DNA from: a virus
Virus record (IMG/VR): IMGVR_UViG_3300017613_001944
Span: 1-64,000 of that record
Reading direction: 5' to 3' (one strand)
DNA: 64,000 nucleotides
Shown here piece by piece: positions 39,701-48,576 of this stretch. How positions within the stretch are numbered: position 1 is the first letter of the stretch; every line of letters begins with the position of its first letter. The notes beneath the pieces are model-generated. The model was not told the origin of the DNA, did not search any database, and worked only from the letters and a program-made list of their open reading frames with translations. Made by a program: the position numbers and the translations under genes.

Positions 39701-40942
39701 CAGGCCAATGTTCAAGGTCCATTCTCCCAGGTGAATGTCGGTGGTGGAATGCAATATAACGCAGGTCCACTGCGACAGGGCATCGAGGACGCCCTGGCAC
39801 AAGTCATGTCCCCAGAGGGAGCACAGAGTATAAGGGGAATGATGGGGGATATTCGCCCCTTAGTGGAACCAGAGACTGGCATGCAGATGGGTACCACTCG
39901 CATGTACGAGGGTTTCGCTGATGAATACCAGTTGCCTAGAGGCACAGATCAAGGAGCGTTTGATAAATATACTCAAATGCTGGTTACTGGTGGTAGACGT
40001 GACGTTGAGCGGGAAAAGGCCAGTCTCCAAGGTGACTTCCGAACATTCCAGCAAGATCAGCAAAGAACACAGCTAGAGTTACGCGGTGTATCTCAGTTCG
40101 GTGGGACCTTTGAGTCGCCCTACGGTGGTACATTAGATACCAAGGGCACCTTTGAGCTCACGCGGGAGATGAGAAATCTCTCCAGGACCTTCCAGGACTA
40201 TAACCAAGAGTACAATCAGGAGTCTCGACAACTGGGCTACAACCAGTTCCAAGAGAATTGGCAAGTACGAGCTCAGAGAATGCCTATCCAATTCCAGAGG
40301 CAGCGTGAAGACCTGGCTTTCCAGGGCAACCAGGCGGCTATGGGCTTCGGTTGGCAGATGGAAGACATCCAGGAGAACCTGCGCTTTGCCACTGGCAGGG
40401 ACAGGCGACGGCTATTACGCCAGCAAGAGCGTGCAGCCATCAGCTTTGGGATGGGACAGGGCCAGCGAGAAACACAGGCTGGACGAATAGACCAGAATGA
40501 GCGCTGGGCTGCTGAAGATCTTGAGCGACAGAAGCGACATTTTGAAGAGCGCTTCCGCTTACAGGATGATTACCAGGAAAGGTACCGTCAGTACACAGAA
40601 GAGCGTAGGGCAATAGAGGATCAGCTCCAAGAGATCCAGGAATTCAATGCCCAGTACAACTTAGAGGCTTCGACAGAGCAGCTAGACAAGTCCATCGCTC
40701 TCAACGAGCAGCTAAACGGGATACAAGAAGCATACACGGCAATGAACCAGGATCTCGAGAAGCAGGTTGGACTACAGCAACAGATCGTCAAGAACATCGA
40801 GTACTTGATAGCTCAATTTGCCGATGATGGTAGAGCAACCAACGCATTCAACGGTTTCATTTCACACATCGAGAACTCCTTCTCTCGGGAATCCGCCGAG
40901 ATAGGGCTGATGATCGACAGAATTTACGGCAACGATAGCTAG
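33695..40942 (+). CDS. Tape-measure protein fused to N-terminal DEDDh exonuclease and putative two-barrel RNA polymerase (2415 aa)
   Basis: LDVETTG/HNVGFD/HEAMAD; GQTLRTAVVFGGFAPEG, MHSGK, FREP, GDFDKD; Gly/Ala hydrophobic segment and long Q/E/R coiled coil; TMP locus. Confidence 0.8.
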   Translation: MALRPSDNPGRALQDRAEQRAQQLMRERRGWSYSAALNFAMNELTYQQQHVVLDVETTGVKKGENELIQIGARKFGPGGKPGETYQTFVDPGGPIPQDITNLTGISTQMVMGAPSPQQAVSELSQFVGNLPVVGHNVGFDIGFLGMHGFEASTAADTLAASRAAMPQRRSHSLANIAAEQGWGIQQHEAMADVGMTSLLHSQLATMYQGGVPPPSGPPPPANISRSMGPTQRALPPAVHGAAMQLGIDAQQASEIVSSAGGGSIRQQIEAVQQFVYNKIGKPAPFGGSADPMQALSPTQWVQTTESGRAMTRTMTPLPSSFDPAKAQETWDPGQISYPGNKMQLDLERSLGASIWPVRGGAIQTGLEKPEQFPKRIKQAISNYQQIYLKDMEIEEAPWLTGPTSQAPEKGQTLRTAVVFGGFAPEGMSYIKQDLGSAGDFKYHKLPIPAGVVPEDIAPVGTAFTRSQGAQLFKGHTGIKFGDWEEQHVQDIRFEPGAINQPGALHVRMGRGIPLTRGIGYSMHSGKELLVGADVEKMTGRSDIQVVKAGPRDVLGLAFQAYSSMAPAEYERVTGKPRPATWQQAAADEESMAAFDRMASDNATMLQFPDQIISKANLEAFKEGNRIVPGTLEELGGERYRATLEYPAVVMDLFTQFTRGAYEHGQPFVGEGTLRRIRDANPQLYNQMMGEGKQQREWRQQNVQAYTASRGIPGLRQAPDQYTMARDLPWTNITQDATRRAMKISGVDRPEDIPYGAEQAALLQRIPLTHEGRATGALAFESRGKDYFFPHPRHVPAVPGTLGYEERSAYRHRYANLLQEQMRYQETGEEEPYRSALAGTMLASHRLVSSGEFLKRTLGVEPRSLYGGMGAASFANLPEELYMPTEAAARASGIKVGTPEYERFQRNFESGGYQFAASVFREPTTDTAGVLVKGLVKWIGTHPNETLRDARIPVLSAEMGQTLRGDFDKDAYTIAREWGIDLADAQTLKIQMRDFNLSNAQADKAGQRDKQFKEIGKFGTIRSMLDRIGQRTAIPLRDAIGQMSERSSVGRQMGYGYNIQQELEMSAVDPESKAAAELLGSNMYMQGQDFEKWSKELESLVVHRSANLATGGAYNIITGEPSRIPFGRSETGMMLSAIRMGSNLPGLSSREKAAMMTPAGNEGLRAAVEGALESGDIDSIAHLLEGALPGGAQEWGENTLLGRQVLGRAADLGQRKGAKGIRESLAEIGRSLRSVGAVRRSYPFKGRVEALRERMRLGGEPPSPVMQALLPGSEAPLDVSGMTPEEQDAMAIKAASASSGRGQGQTPEETRRFADRQMEWQAEIARGTADPANYPDLFPTKEEYARYAAQRAGAPPRPPDPARSAGSGGMGGGRLPPVTTATPDPSDPRQSGEGDPKKWVVNLNYGAVKIGDFNRAIETMTSRLGDWSEEMDPIVTGGKQFTKAQQQMTEKLISARRTLERADRGEGDFTSAQIQAAQQALATPGMGVLGQAEEQITNRWWGQRMDQGARGRVGRFYERFGSRGMGDASPTERMERGFRSVFSGWELMRLQRMWGLTGGRAFGAMPVAAEAQQGAMQAAMVGQPMGQFGMGDITAGLLETGARQQQFQVQMGTATNQAWGWMPRAMANTGLGTAAGIGLPALGMGAAAGWGAGVLGLGALSTPLGLGVAAGAGIYGGINYLRNRPEEDIDVAAAEQRKRDLTRQIATPQGLERFRPPGWMGGAFGPSVEGYSEEQAERGETILSGELTGLSVPQRMKAIQEAYQYAPQWMEPTAAQGLAQQWMRYDPEATNIREIYEDPRFEAMAARGTDVETYAKMAEGFGMRPSQAFDIYSIMAGVSEQEFGPVSETAQSWMGLGRAAGMKPEDILSRSKPRTQTPGDTRWGDVYNPERLAGPRLERLSGDPMVQQRAQAIEGMMIQRRTAGMEIPFEPPTTEAAVMDIYQGGQMQLGTAGLGLANQFMGMGATPLTAGAGAGAAERYGMMGVRGVSGFMGGDRNIMAMLGQANVQGPFSQVNVGGGMQYNAGPLRQGIEDALAQVMSPEGAQSIRGMMGDIRPLVEPETGMQMGTTRMYEGFADEYQLPRGTDQGAFDKYTQMLVTGGRRDVEREKASLQGDFRTFQQDQQRTQLELRGVSQFGGTFESPYGGTLDTKGTFELTREMRNLSRTFQDYNQEYNQESRQLGYNQFQENWQVRAQRMPIQFQRQREDLAFQGNQAAMGFGWQMEDIQENLRFATGRDRRRLLRQQERAAISFGMGQGQRETQAGRIDQNERWAAEDLERQKRHFEERFRLQDDYQERYRQYTEERRAIEDQLQEIQEFNAQYNLEASTEQLDKSIALNEQLNGIQEAYTAMNQDLEKQVGLQQQIVKNIEYLIAQFADDGRATNAFNGFISHIENSFSRESAEIGLMIDRIYGNDS

Positions 40943-40951
40943 AGGTGAACC

Positions 40952-41377
40952 ATGGCGGCAAGTGTGCATAGCAGTATCAGGTTAGACTGTGATCTTACCG
41001 GAGAGTTACCAACAAACGAGTACGGCGTGACATTTGATGGCCTATCTCAGATGTATGAACCTGCCATTGTGGTGGAGCGCTCTCTCACCGGGACCATGCA
41101 CGTACACCGCATCCTCACCGGCAGTACCCCAATGGTATTCGACGGGTTTGAGTATGTTCTACTGCTCACCAGGGCAGAGAAAACTCAGCTTGCAGAGGAC
41201 CTGGGCAAACTGGTGTACTTTATGCCTCACTATCGAGACGAGAGTGATGTAGACGCCTATCGCAGTGTGATGTTATTCAGGGGTATGCAGGATGTTCGGA
41301 ATCTCGATCCTCACCTGGAGTACTATCACGCCACAATCATCTTAGAAGAGGCAACAGGACGGGTAGCTGATTCATGA
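40952..41377 (+). CDS. Putative distal tail protein
   Basis: Small gene directly after TMP; GAGGTG RBS. Confidence 0.5.
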   Translation: MAASVHSSIRLDCDLTGELPTNEYGVTFDGLSQMYEPAIVVERSLTGTMHVHRILTGSTPMVFDGFEYVLLLTRAEKTQLAEDLGKLVYFMPHYRDESDVDAYRSVMLFRGMQDVRNLDPHLEYYHATIILEEATGRVADS

Positions 41378-44300
41378 TAACGAAGAGTGGAGACCTCACT
41401 TGGTGGCTGCAAGCCGCCTACGATAACTTTGTCAGTGATACGGGAGATCCCGTGTTCCAGTTCTTGTTGGAGGCATACAGCCTCTCCATCTCATCTGTCT
41501 CAGAGGTGAGTGGTAGTGGCTACGCGCCGGTAAGTGAGGTTGACGCTATTGTCTGCGGTGATACCATCATCAAGGCTTGGGTGGTAGATCCGTGGGCACA
41601 GGGGGGTGGCCTTCACATCGCAACCCTGGCTGATGAAGATGCTGCCGATCAAACCTGGACAGAACAAATACTCATTGATGTAAACCTTGACGAGACGGTT
41701 CCCCCCTCTCTGGCAGTAGATGGCAACACCGCCAGGGTGTTTTACTACGATGGTACCAGCATCGAGTATTTCGAGAGTGCTGATAAGGGGGCGACTTGGG
41801 GGGCCTCCCAATCAGTACAGGCTATCAACAACTGTACCTTTATCGCGGCGACTACCCTCACGAGGGTGCATTATATGTATGAGACGGCGGAGCATAACCT
41901 CCTACTGGGGGTACTCAACTATGCCGCCGCTGTATGGACGGCTACGGATAGTGATATCTACTGGCCCTTCAGACCCGGCTCATTCGACGCTATCACCGGC
42001 AACCAACTGGATGATGGAGCAGCCTCCGATAATGACATAATAGCCTTCACCACAGACTTTCCGCCGTTAATAGCAATGAGGGTTGACGGTACGGAGACAG
42101 TGAGGTTCTATGAAAGAGTGCAGGGGATAGCCGTTATACGTTATCAGAACGGTAGATGGAGTGACCACTACGAGTTTGATGTAGTGGACAACCAGCCGAC
42201 TATCCCGGCAAGAACAAATCTGCGTCTATCCAAGTACGGTGAGTTCATGTTCATGACCTACTTGCGTGTCGATGGCACAGAGAACTACCCTCACAACTCT
42301 CTGGCTCTCTCCCGCTCTAGGACAGGGCTGGACTGGGAGATGCCCTACCTTATGCCGTCCAGCGTTGTGGGTACGGCGGCTGTTTTACTGAAGCGTGGGA
42401 TATATGCGTATCTGGTGGACTCCACCGGGAAAAAGATGCGCTCCTACTCCTGCGGCTACGTGGGAGATCCCTACATAATCCATGATCTCTCTGACTACTG
42501 CCTCTCCGTGGACACCCGCATGGGGGACCTGAAGGAAGTCTCTATCACTTTGGGTAACCCCAACGGCGTTCATAATGACATATTCGATGATGAGATAATG
42601 TGGCAGATGCGGGTCAAGCAGGGCTACCATATCGACGCATCAGACTATATCATAGATACTGCCGTAGCCGACCTGTATGAGATCTCCCGTGATCGTAATA
42701 TCCCCACGGATCACCTTGTCCTTACTGGTAGGTGTGAATTGGGTAGAACAACTTCTCTGCGTGCAGATACGGTGCAGGAGAGGGAGAGCCACCAGATAGG
42801 TGGGGATGACTTTGAGAGCATGGACGGTACCAAGTGGTCTGGATTGAGGCACACCGCTGCCTTCGTGGGCTACTATGAGGCGGAGAACAACATCCTGTAT
42901 CTTAAACCCACCGCCAACCAGGGTGTTGCCTTTACCACGCTGGTCTCTGAGGTGTGGAATGGAGCTGTTCAGTCGGGTATTTACGTGGCTGGTACCGATG
43001 CCCAGGACTATGCCGGTGTGATCTTCAGGGGCTATGACCTCTATAATTTCTGGTTTGCCGCTTATAGGGCAGATACCGATAAGATCATCCTTGCCGAGAG
43101 GGTGGATAATGTAGACACGGTGATTGCCTCTGTCTCTAACATGGGCTGGTCGTTCGGGACCTGGTATTATATCAAGGTGGTGTTCCGTTACAACTACATC
43201 AAAGTCTACAGTTCTACCGATGGTAAGACGTGGACAGAGAGGATTGCCTTCCAGATAGATGGTACCCCCTCTACTGCTGACTGGACCACCTTTGGCGGCA
43301 TCTCTGTGATGTCAGGAAGTATGGGATACTGCGGCTATGGCTACTCGGAGGAAGAAACCTACTATCCTGACCCACCTGACCCACCTCCTCCGCCTGTTGT
43401 GGACCCCGTGTGGCCCAGTATTGTCATGGTTGCCACTCAGGGAGGGACTGGGAAAGTGGGCGGAATCTATCTAACGGAGGATTTTACTGAACCCGGTGGT
43501 ACAATGCCTACCTGGACGGCAGCTAATACCGGCTTGCCTGATGGTGCCGGTGAGCCGGATATACGATTACTGGGAGTTGATACATTCCATAGAGCCTATC
43601 GGCAATACTGCTTGACTGAGGATGGTCGAGAGCTGTATGTACGCACCACCTCTGATCTCGGGGGTGATGGTTCCTGGAGTTTGATCCTCAACAGAAGCAT
43701 GATTATAGACCAGTTCACCGGGGATTTCGCCCTGGCACAGATTCTCTATTTCGACACAGACCCACAGAATGATGGGCACATCTACGTCCTGTTCCAGCAC
43801 ACTACCGGAGCCGCCAGGGTACCCTTTGTAGCCAAGTCTACCGACTATGGGGCTACATGGGAGAATATGGGACAGGTGAAGTACGATGAAGCAGGCAGTT
43901 TATTCTACCGTATCTGCTCCATTCACGCTTATGGCGGCAAGGTGTTCGTCCTAGTTAACAGATCCTACACTCCGTGGGGTGTGTGCATATACTACAGTGA
44001 TGATGGAGCCGCCAACTGGGTGGATAGGAGCGAGAGGGTCGGCAATTACCGGGGTACCTACGACACTCTTGGCAATTTCAATCACACCGAACCCGATATA
44101 CTGCACATGCAAGCATACGAGGTGACACATCCCATTGAGTTTACCCAATACGACCTATGGTTATGGCAGAATGTGGGTAGTGGGGTTGACACATTTGAGT
44201 GTGGTCATGATGCTATTACTGGGCTGAGGTTGGGGGTCAACAGACCTGACTTTATCTGCTATGATCGTAGTGTTGCGGCTAATGCCAAGATGATTAAACT

Positions 44301-44664
44301 TGGTGATCCTACTACTGTCCCGGCGAGAATGGCAAAATACTACATAACCACCTTGCGTTTCAAGACTCTGACCAATGGTATAGCCGATTTCTCTAACTGG
44401 AATGTCATGTGCTACGCCTCTGAGGGTGGTACCTCCTGGGTGAATGACGCCGATGACAGTATGCTGATCTATGGGGCGAATAACTGTGACCACAGCCACG
44501 CCTCAACGACTCGCCATCACATCCTGGCGGCGGATACCACCGTAGATCACACCACCACCTCTGGAAAAGCAGGGTCAAACGTGACAAATGGACCAGCTTA
44601 TACCGACTCGATCCCATACGCTGCTGGCGGAGTTAGTTGGCGTGGAATCCAGGTGCTAAAATGA
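41374..44664 (+). CDS. Tail tip protein with Asp-box (BNR) propeller regions
   Basis: SADKGATW, STDGKTW, STDYGATW, SDDGAANW; Pro-rich linker PDPPDPPPPP. Confidence 0.65.
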   Translation: MITKSGDLTWWLQAAYDNFVSDTGDPVFQFLLEAYSLSISSVSEVSGSGYAPVSEVDAIVCGDTIIKAWVVDPWAQGGGLHIATLADEDAADQTWTEQILIDVNLDETVPPSLAVDGNTARVFYYDGTSIEYFESADKGATWGASQSVQAINNCTFIAATTLTRVHYMYETAEHNLLLGVLNYAAAVWTATDSDIYWPFRPGSFDAITGNQLDDGAASDNDIIAFTTDFPPLIAMRVDGTETVRFYERVQGIAVIRYQNGRWSDHYEFDVVDNQPTIPARTNLRLSKYGEFMFMTYLRVDGTENYPHNSLALSRSRTGLDWEMPYLMPSSVVGTAAVLLKRGIYAYLVDSTGKKMRSYSCGYVGDPYIIHDLSDYCLSVDTRMGDLKEVSITLGNPNGVHNDIFDDEIMWQMRVKQGYHIDASDYIIDTAVADLYEISRDRNIPTDHLVLTGRCELGRTTSLRADTVQERESHQIGGDDFESMDGTKWSGLRHTAAFVGYYEAENNILYLKPTANQGVAFTTLVSEVWNGAVQSGIYVAGTDAQDYAGVIFRGYDLYNFWFAAYRADTDKIILAERVDNVDTVIASVSNMGWSFGTWYYIKVVFRYNYIKVYSSTDGKTWTERIAFQIDGTPSTADWTTFGGISVMSGSMGYCGYGYSEEETYYPDPPDPPPPPVVDPVWPSIVMVATQGGTGKVGGIYLTEDFTEPGGTMPTWTAANTGLPDGAGEPDIRLLGVDTFHRAYRQYCLTEDGRELYVRTTSDLGGDGSWSLILNRSMIIDQFTGDFALAQILYFDTDPQNDGHIYVLFQHTTGAARVPFVAKSTDYGATWENMGQVKYDEAGSLFYRICSIHAYGGKVFVLVNRSYTPWGVCIYYSDDGAANWVDRSERVGNYRGTYDTLGNFNHTEPDILHMQAYEVTHPIEFTQYDLWLWQNVGSGVDTFECGHDAITGLRLGVNRPDFICYDRSVAANAKMIKLGDPTTVPARMAKYYITTLRFKTLTNGIADFSNWNVMCYASEGGTSWVNDADDSMLIYGANNCDHSHASTTRHHILAADTTVDHTTTSGKAGSNVTNGPAYTDSIPYAAGGVSWRGIQVLK

Positions 44665-45890
44665 CAGATTATGAGTGCGTAAAGTTCAAGTCGTCTTTCT
44701 TCACCGATCACAAGCATCCAATGACGCTGGAGGATAGCATCCGTTGGGCGGGTGCTTACTCTGGAGCTCACAAGTGGGACTTTCAGAATAAAATAGACGA
44801 GACCTTTGGGGGCGATCTGAGTGAGTGGACTGACGATGACAACATAGGCACCATTGTGGGCGGGGAGCTCTCCATCACTGGTACGGCGGCTGTTGGCTCT
44901 TGGCAGTCTATGTACCACGATACCCAGGTTCCCCCCTCCTTTCTAGCCTCTTTTGACAGGATTTCTGGAGAGGGTGCGTTCTGCTTCCGGCACAATCAGA
45001 CCACATCAGAGTGCTTTTTGGCCTGGTGGGGTACTGCCACCTGCGGAGTGGCCTATGTGGACAGTGACGGTGTGGGGCACGACCTCTCCACTATGCCATA
45101 CGGGATAAGTACTAGCGCTTCTCGCATCCAGGTGGAGGTAAAGTACTCCCTTGACAGTCTGGATGATGAGCGGAAGTGGCTACAAGTGGGCCTCTTTGCC
45201 GATGGGCGCTATCTGGTGGGTTTCGCCAAGGATATTGGAGAGACAGAGCTCGACTGGGAGGGCGATGGAGTAGGGTTTGGTGTCTATCACGACGCCACAT
45301 TTGTGGTGGATAACCTAACCATATCAGAAATTCACCGTATTGCAGAATGGACCACCATAGATGTGGGCAAGACCCCTGGGTCAGGTATCTCCCGTGTCGT
45401 AGGCACCACAAGGCTACAGTATATGACCCGTTACGATGGCACCGTCAGGGTGTGGCGTCCTGGGAACAGGGACGTGGATTGGACAGCGCCCTCCGGCTAT
45501 GCCAGTATCGTCAGAATGTCTAATAGAACCAGTGCCGTAGCACCCACTCACGCCAGGGTGCAAGCTGCCCTACATGAGGCTGACGGATTTGATGATACCG
45601 GCGGCGAGGCCAGGATGCACAGGTTCATCATTCACAACGATCCTAACATTATGACTGAGTGGGAGACCTACGACGAGACGGCTAGAGTGCTACACGACTT
45701 CAAGGAGAGGAAGAGCTCGGTTCGTGTGAGGATGCCTCCCAACTGGACACTCGAGCCCAATGACAGAATCACCATAGATGGTACCGATTACAGGGTTTTG
45801 TCGATTGGCACCGTTCTAATGAAGACTGAGGGGGGTGTTGAGGTGGCCTGTCAGATAGAGGCACAAGTTTACCTGGAGTTGAGCTTATGA
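44661..45890 (+). CDS. Putative tail hub/baseplate protein
   Basis: Position; C-terminal LEPNDRITIDG hub-like motif. Confidence 0.55.
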   Translation: MTDYECVKFKSSFFTDHKHPMTLEDSIRWAGAYSGAHKWDFQNKIDETFGGDLSEWTDDDNIGTIVGGELSITGTAAVGSWQSMYHDTQVPPSFLASFDRISGEGAFCFRHNQTTSECFLAWWGTATCGVAYVDSDGVGHDLSTMPYGISTSASRIQVEVKYSLDSLDDERKWLQVGLFADGRYLVGFAKDIGETELDWEGDGVGFGVYHDATFVVDNLTISEIHRIAEWTTIDVGKTPGSGISRVVGTTRLQYMTRYDGTVRVWRPGNRDVDWTAPSGYASIVRMSNRTSAVAPTHARVQAALHEADGFDDTGGEARMHRFIIHNDPNIMTEWETYDETARVLHDFKERKSSVRVRMPPNWTLEPNDRITIDGTDYRVLSIGTVLMKTEGGVEVACQIEAQVYLELSL

Positions 45891-48163
45891 CCACCGGCAG
45901 AAAACCAAGAGTTATGCCTGTCAGAAGGGCAGGTAGGCGAGAAGGCATACCAAATCTCACGATTGGCTATGTCACCAACCGTCCTCCCGGCTCTACCAGG
46001 GCCAGTGTGCGCTTGTCAGGCCAGTCCTCACGCGCAATCCGCAATGTGAAGGCGGCTGACGGGGTTGAGTTCAGGAGTGGGGATCAGGTTCTTGTCGCCA
46101 ACATCGCAGACTCTCAGGAATGGGTGATTGTAGCACGTATTTTGGACGTTTCCGAAGCAGCCGGATATTTGGCTAGTGGCGCTGCATCTAGCCAATTGCA
46201 CCCGCCGTCGGGATTCACTGTTTTTGGGGCAATTGGTGCTGTTGTAGCCAATTGGCAAAGCTGGTCGGGTAGTACTGTCTGCTGGCAGGTACAATATAAT
46301 AGTTCAGCCTCCGAATCTGGTGCATCTACACTCTATACTTACGGCTCTTATTTCTTTTATCACGCCGCATCTCCCGCAACTCAGTACATTCGGGTGCGCG
46401 GCATCAGATACGATGTCTCCACAGGCAGCGCTCACTACTCCGGGTGGACGGAGTGGGCTGGAGACACCTCTCTGGCAACTGCTGAAAGCCTGGAGGTCAA
46501 CAATAACACCATAGTAGCCACTGCCGGTGGAAATTACTCTATCATTCAATCAGCCGTCAGTGCCAACCCAGACACTACCATCATCACCGCTCCAGGGGAC
46601 TATGGGGAGGACATCACTCTTACTGAGAGTGGCACTACTTTAATTGGACAGGCTCCCACATTCCAGGAATATGGTGGGGATGTGCGTGTGACAGGGTCTG
46701 GTCTCGAGAATGACCCGGTTCTAGCCGCCCTAGCCAACTGCTCCATCTCTGGTTACATCCTGGAGGGTGTACTTACAGACTCTCTTGCCTCCGAACCCAC
46801 CTTCCCAATAGTGGAGTGCAGTGAGGTGAGCATGGTTTACTTCACGGATGTCACAATCAAGGGAGATGCTGGCGATACAGGTCGGGATCTCACCGGGATC
46901 AAGATACACACTGGTGGGCTGTCCCGGTGCAGCATCACCGTAGAGAATGAGGGTAGCGGTTACGCAGCAGAGCTCCTGGGTGGCACTGTTTCGCTGGATA
47001 ATTGCCTGGTAACAGGGGACATCTGCGCTACAGCCGCCTCCGATCTCTACCTTTACAGTGGCTCCGTTACTGGAGACGTGACTGGCATGGCTGGGAGTGC
47101 CCTGTACTTGAGAGGATCACCCCATATATCAGGGACTGTTTCCGGCTGGGACTCTGTTGTCGGTGAAGAGACGAAAGGAGCACCTTTAACCGTTTACAAG
47201 GACACCAGGGCGAATGTAGAGGCGGATCATACCGACGCCGGTATGATCGCCTATGCCACGGATACCGGCAGACAGGGCTATTATGATGGCGCAGTGGGTC
47301 AGTGGGTGTGGTTATCCACTGGGGGAGGTGTGTCTGGTGGAGATGCGGCTACTGTAGATGGTTATAGTGCTTCAGGCACCCCGGTTGCCAACTTCTTACT
47401 AGCTCTGAACAGTGATGCACAGTTCACCAGTGAGGTGATTCCATCGGAGATCAACGCCCTCTGCTACCCTCCCGTCTGGAAGTTTGATATAGATGAGCCC
47501 AAGGAGTTCTCTACTTCATTTGATGATGACTTTACCAGTGGGTCATTGGACGGTAAATGGACTGTTGTTGATGGTACGCTGGGCGCAGTGGATCTGTTTG
47601 GAGTATTAGCCGGGGGGAATGGACTTTATGACCTCTCCACTCGTTCAGGACAGCTCCTCATTCAGGGTAGGGACAACGATGAGGTTCTTTTCCGGCAAGA
47701 CTATACTCTCCCTGATGGGCATAGCATTATATTGGCAGTGGCTGCTTCGGTGAACCTTGCAGGCAGTGTTAGCTCTGACGAGCTGATTGTTGGCGTGAGC
47801 CTCAATGACAACGACACGGATTTTAACGCTGGCAATTGCGCCTATATGTGCTATGATGCCCAGGCAGGGGGTTATCAGTATCAGTACGTCACCAGTGGCA
47901 GTGGGGAGGTAGGCGCTACAGAGGAGGATGGGCCATTTACATCATCTATGGTGTATCTCAGGATATCCAGAGTCGGAACCGCTTATTACGGCTTCTTTAG
48001 CATAGATGGTCAGATGTGGGCACCCTTCGGCAGTGACGATATGAGCGTCGTGATGGACAATGTGTGGATCTTTGTGATGGGCACCGCCGCGATGAGTGGT
48101 CCAATACCCATTCAGGCGGTGAACTGGATACGCCAGGGCTCAAATGAGGTCGATCCCTGGTAG
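45887..48163 (+). CDS. Putative tail fibre/receptor-binding protein
   Basis: OB-like N-terminus, FN3-like segment, beta-helix-like middle (IQSAV...APGDYGE), DAATVDG, lectin-like C-terminus. Confidence 0.65.
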   Translation: MTTGRKPRVMPVRRAGRREGIPNLTIGYVTNRPPGSTRASVRLSGQSSRAIRNVKAADGVEFRSGDQVLVANIADSQEWVIVARILDVSEAAGYLASGAASSQLHPPSGFTVFGAIGAVVANWQSWSGSTVCWQVQYNSSASESGASTLYTYGSYFFYHAASPATQYIRVRGIRYDVSTGSAHYSGWTEWAGDTSLATAESLEVNNNTIVATAGGNYSIIQSAVSANPDTTIITAPGDYGEDITLTESGTTLIGQAPTFQEYGGDVRVTGSGLENDPVLAALANCSISGYILEGVLTDSLASEPTFPIVECSEVSMVYFTDVTIKGDAGDTGRDLTGIKIHTGGLSRCSITVENEGSGYAAELLGGTVSLDNCLVTGDICATAASDLYLYSGSVTGDVTGMAGSALYLRGSPHISGTVSGWDSVVGEETKGAPLTVYKDTRANVEADHTDAGMIAYATDTGRQGYYDGAVGQWVWLSTGGGVSGGDAATVDGYSASGTPVANFLLALNSDAQFTSEVIPSEINALCYPPVWKFDIDEPKEFSTSFDDDFTSGSLDGKWTVVDGTLGAVDLFGVLAGGNGLYDLSTRSGQLLIQGRDNDEVLFRQDYTLPDGHSIILAVAASVNLAGSVSSDELIVGVSLNDNDTDFNAGNCAYMCYDAQAGGYQYQYVTSGSGEVGATEEDGPFTSSMVYLRISRVGTAYYGFFSIDGQMWAPFGSDDMSVVMDNVWIFVMGTAAMSGPIPIQAVNWIRQGSNEVDPW

Positions 48164-48165
48164 TA

Positions 48166-48194
48166 TTGACTTTCGACAATCGAGATGGTAGTAT
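48166..48194 (+). promoter_or_regulatory. Sigma70-type promoter upstream of holin candidate
   Basis: TTGACT-17 bp-TAGTAT with extended -10 TG; AGGAGGT RBS follows. Confidence 0.6.
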
Positions 48195-48214
48195 TCTAGT
48201 AGGAGGTAAGCAAA

Positions 48215-48526
48215 ATGGAATGGACTTGGTTGGCAGTACCTGGTGGAATTGGTCTTCTCTTGGGCGCTCTCATTGAAGTTTTGAAAGCGTTCGGCATCGT
48301 GAAGGACTCCTTTGGCGGCATTCTTGCTATGGGTGGCAGTATTATCATCGCTGCTGTTCTCACACTTGCCGTTGAAATTGGTGGCCTTGATGTAGCCAAT
48401 GAGCAGTACGTAGCTCTTGTGGAGTTGGCAGGGTTGATGGGACAAATACTTGTGACGTTCCTGGGATCTTTCGTTACACACAAGACTGCAAAGACTGCGG
48501 AGCTTTTGCCACAGTACAGGGAATAG
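48215..48526 (+). CDS. Putative holin
   Basis: 103 aa, about three hydrophobic segments, charged C-terminus, after tail genes. Confidence 0.7.
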   Translation: MEWTWLAVPGGIGLLLGALIEVLKAFGIVKDSFGGILAMGGSIIIAAVLTLAVEIGGLDVANEQYVALVELAGLMGQILVTFLGSFVTHKTAKTAELLPQYRE

Positions 48527-48533
48527 GGGAGCC

Positions 48534-48563
48534 GGGGAGCTAGTTTCGGCTAGCTCCCCTTCT
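48534..48563 (+). terminator. Stable hairpin (terminator or mRNA-stabilising)
   Basis: GGGGAGCTAGT-TTCG-GCTAGCTCCCC with UUCG tetraloop; weak T tract. Confidence 0.6.
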
Positions 48564-48576
48564 CACAGGAACAGCT

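Noticed and set aside
33695-40942. Intein or host rpoB/rpoC fragment as explanation for the extra domains
   Set aside because: No intein splice-junction or LAGLIDADG motifs seen; RNAP-like motifs are short and highly diverged, unlike a recent host capture
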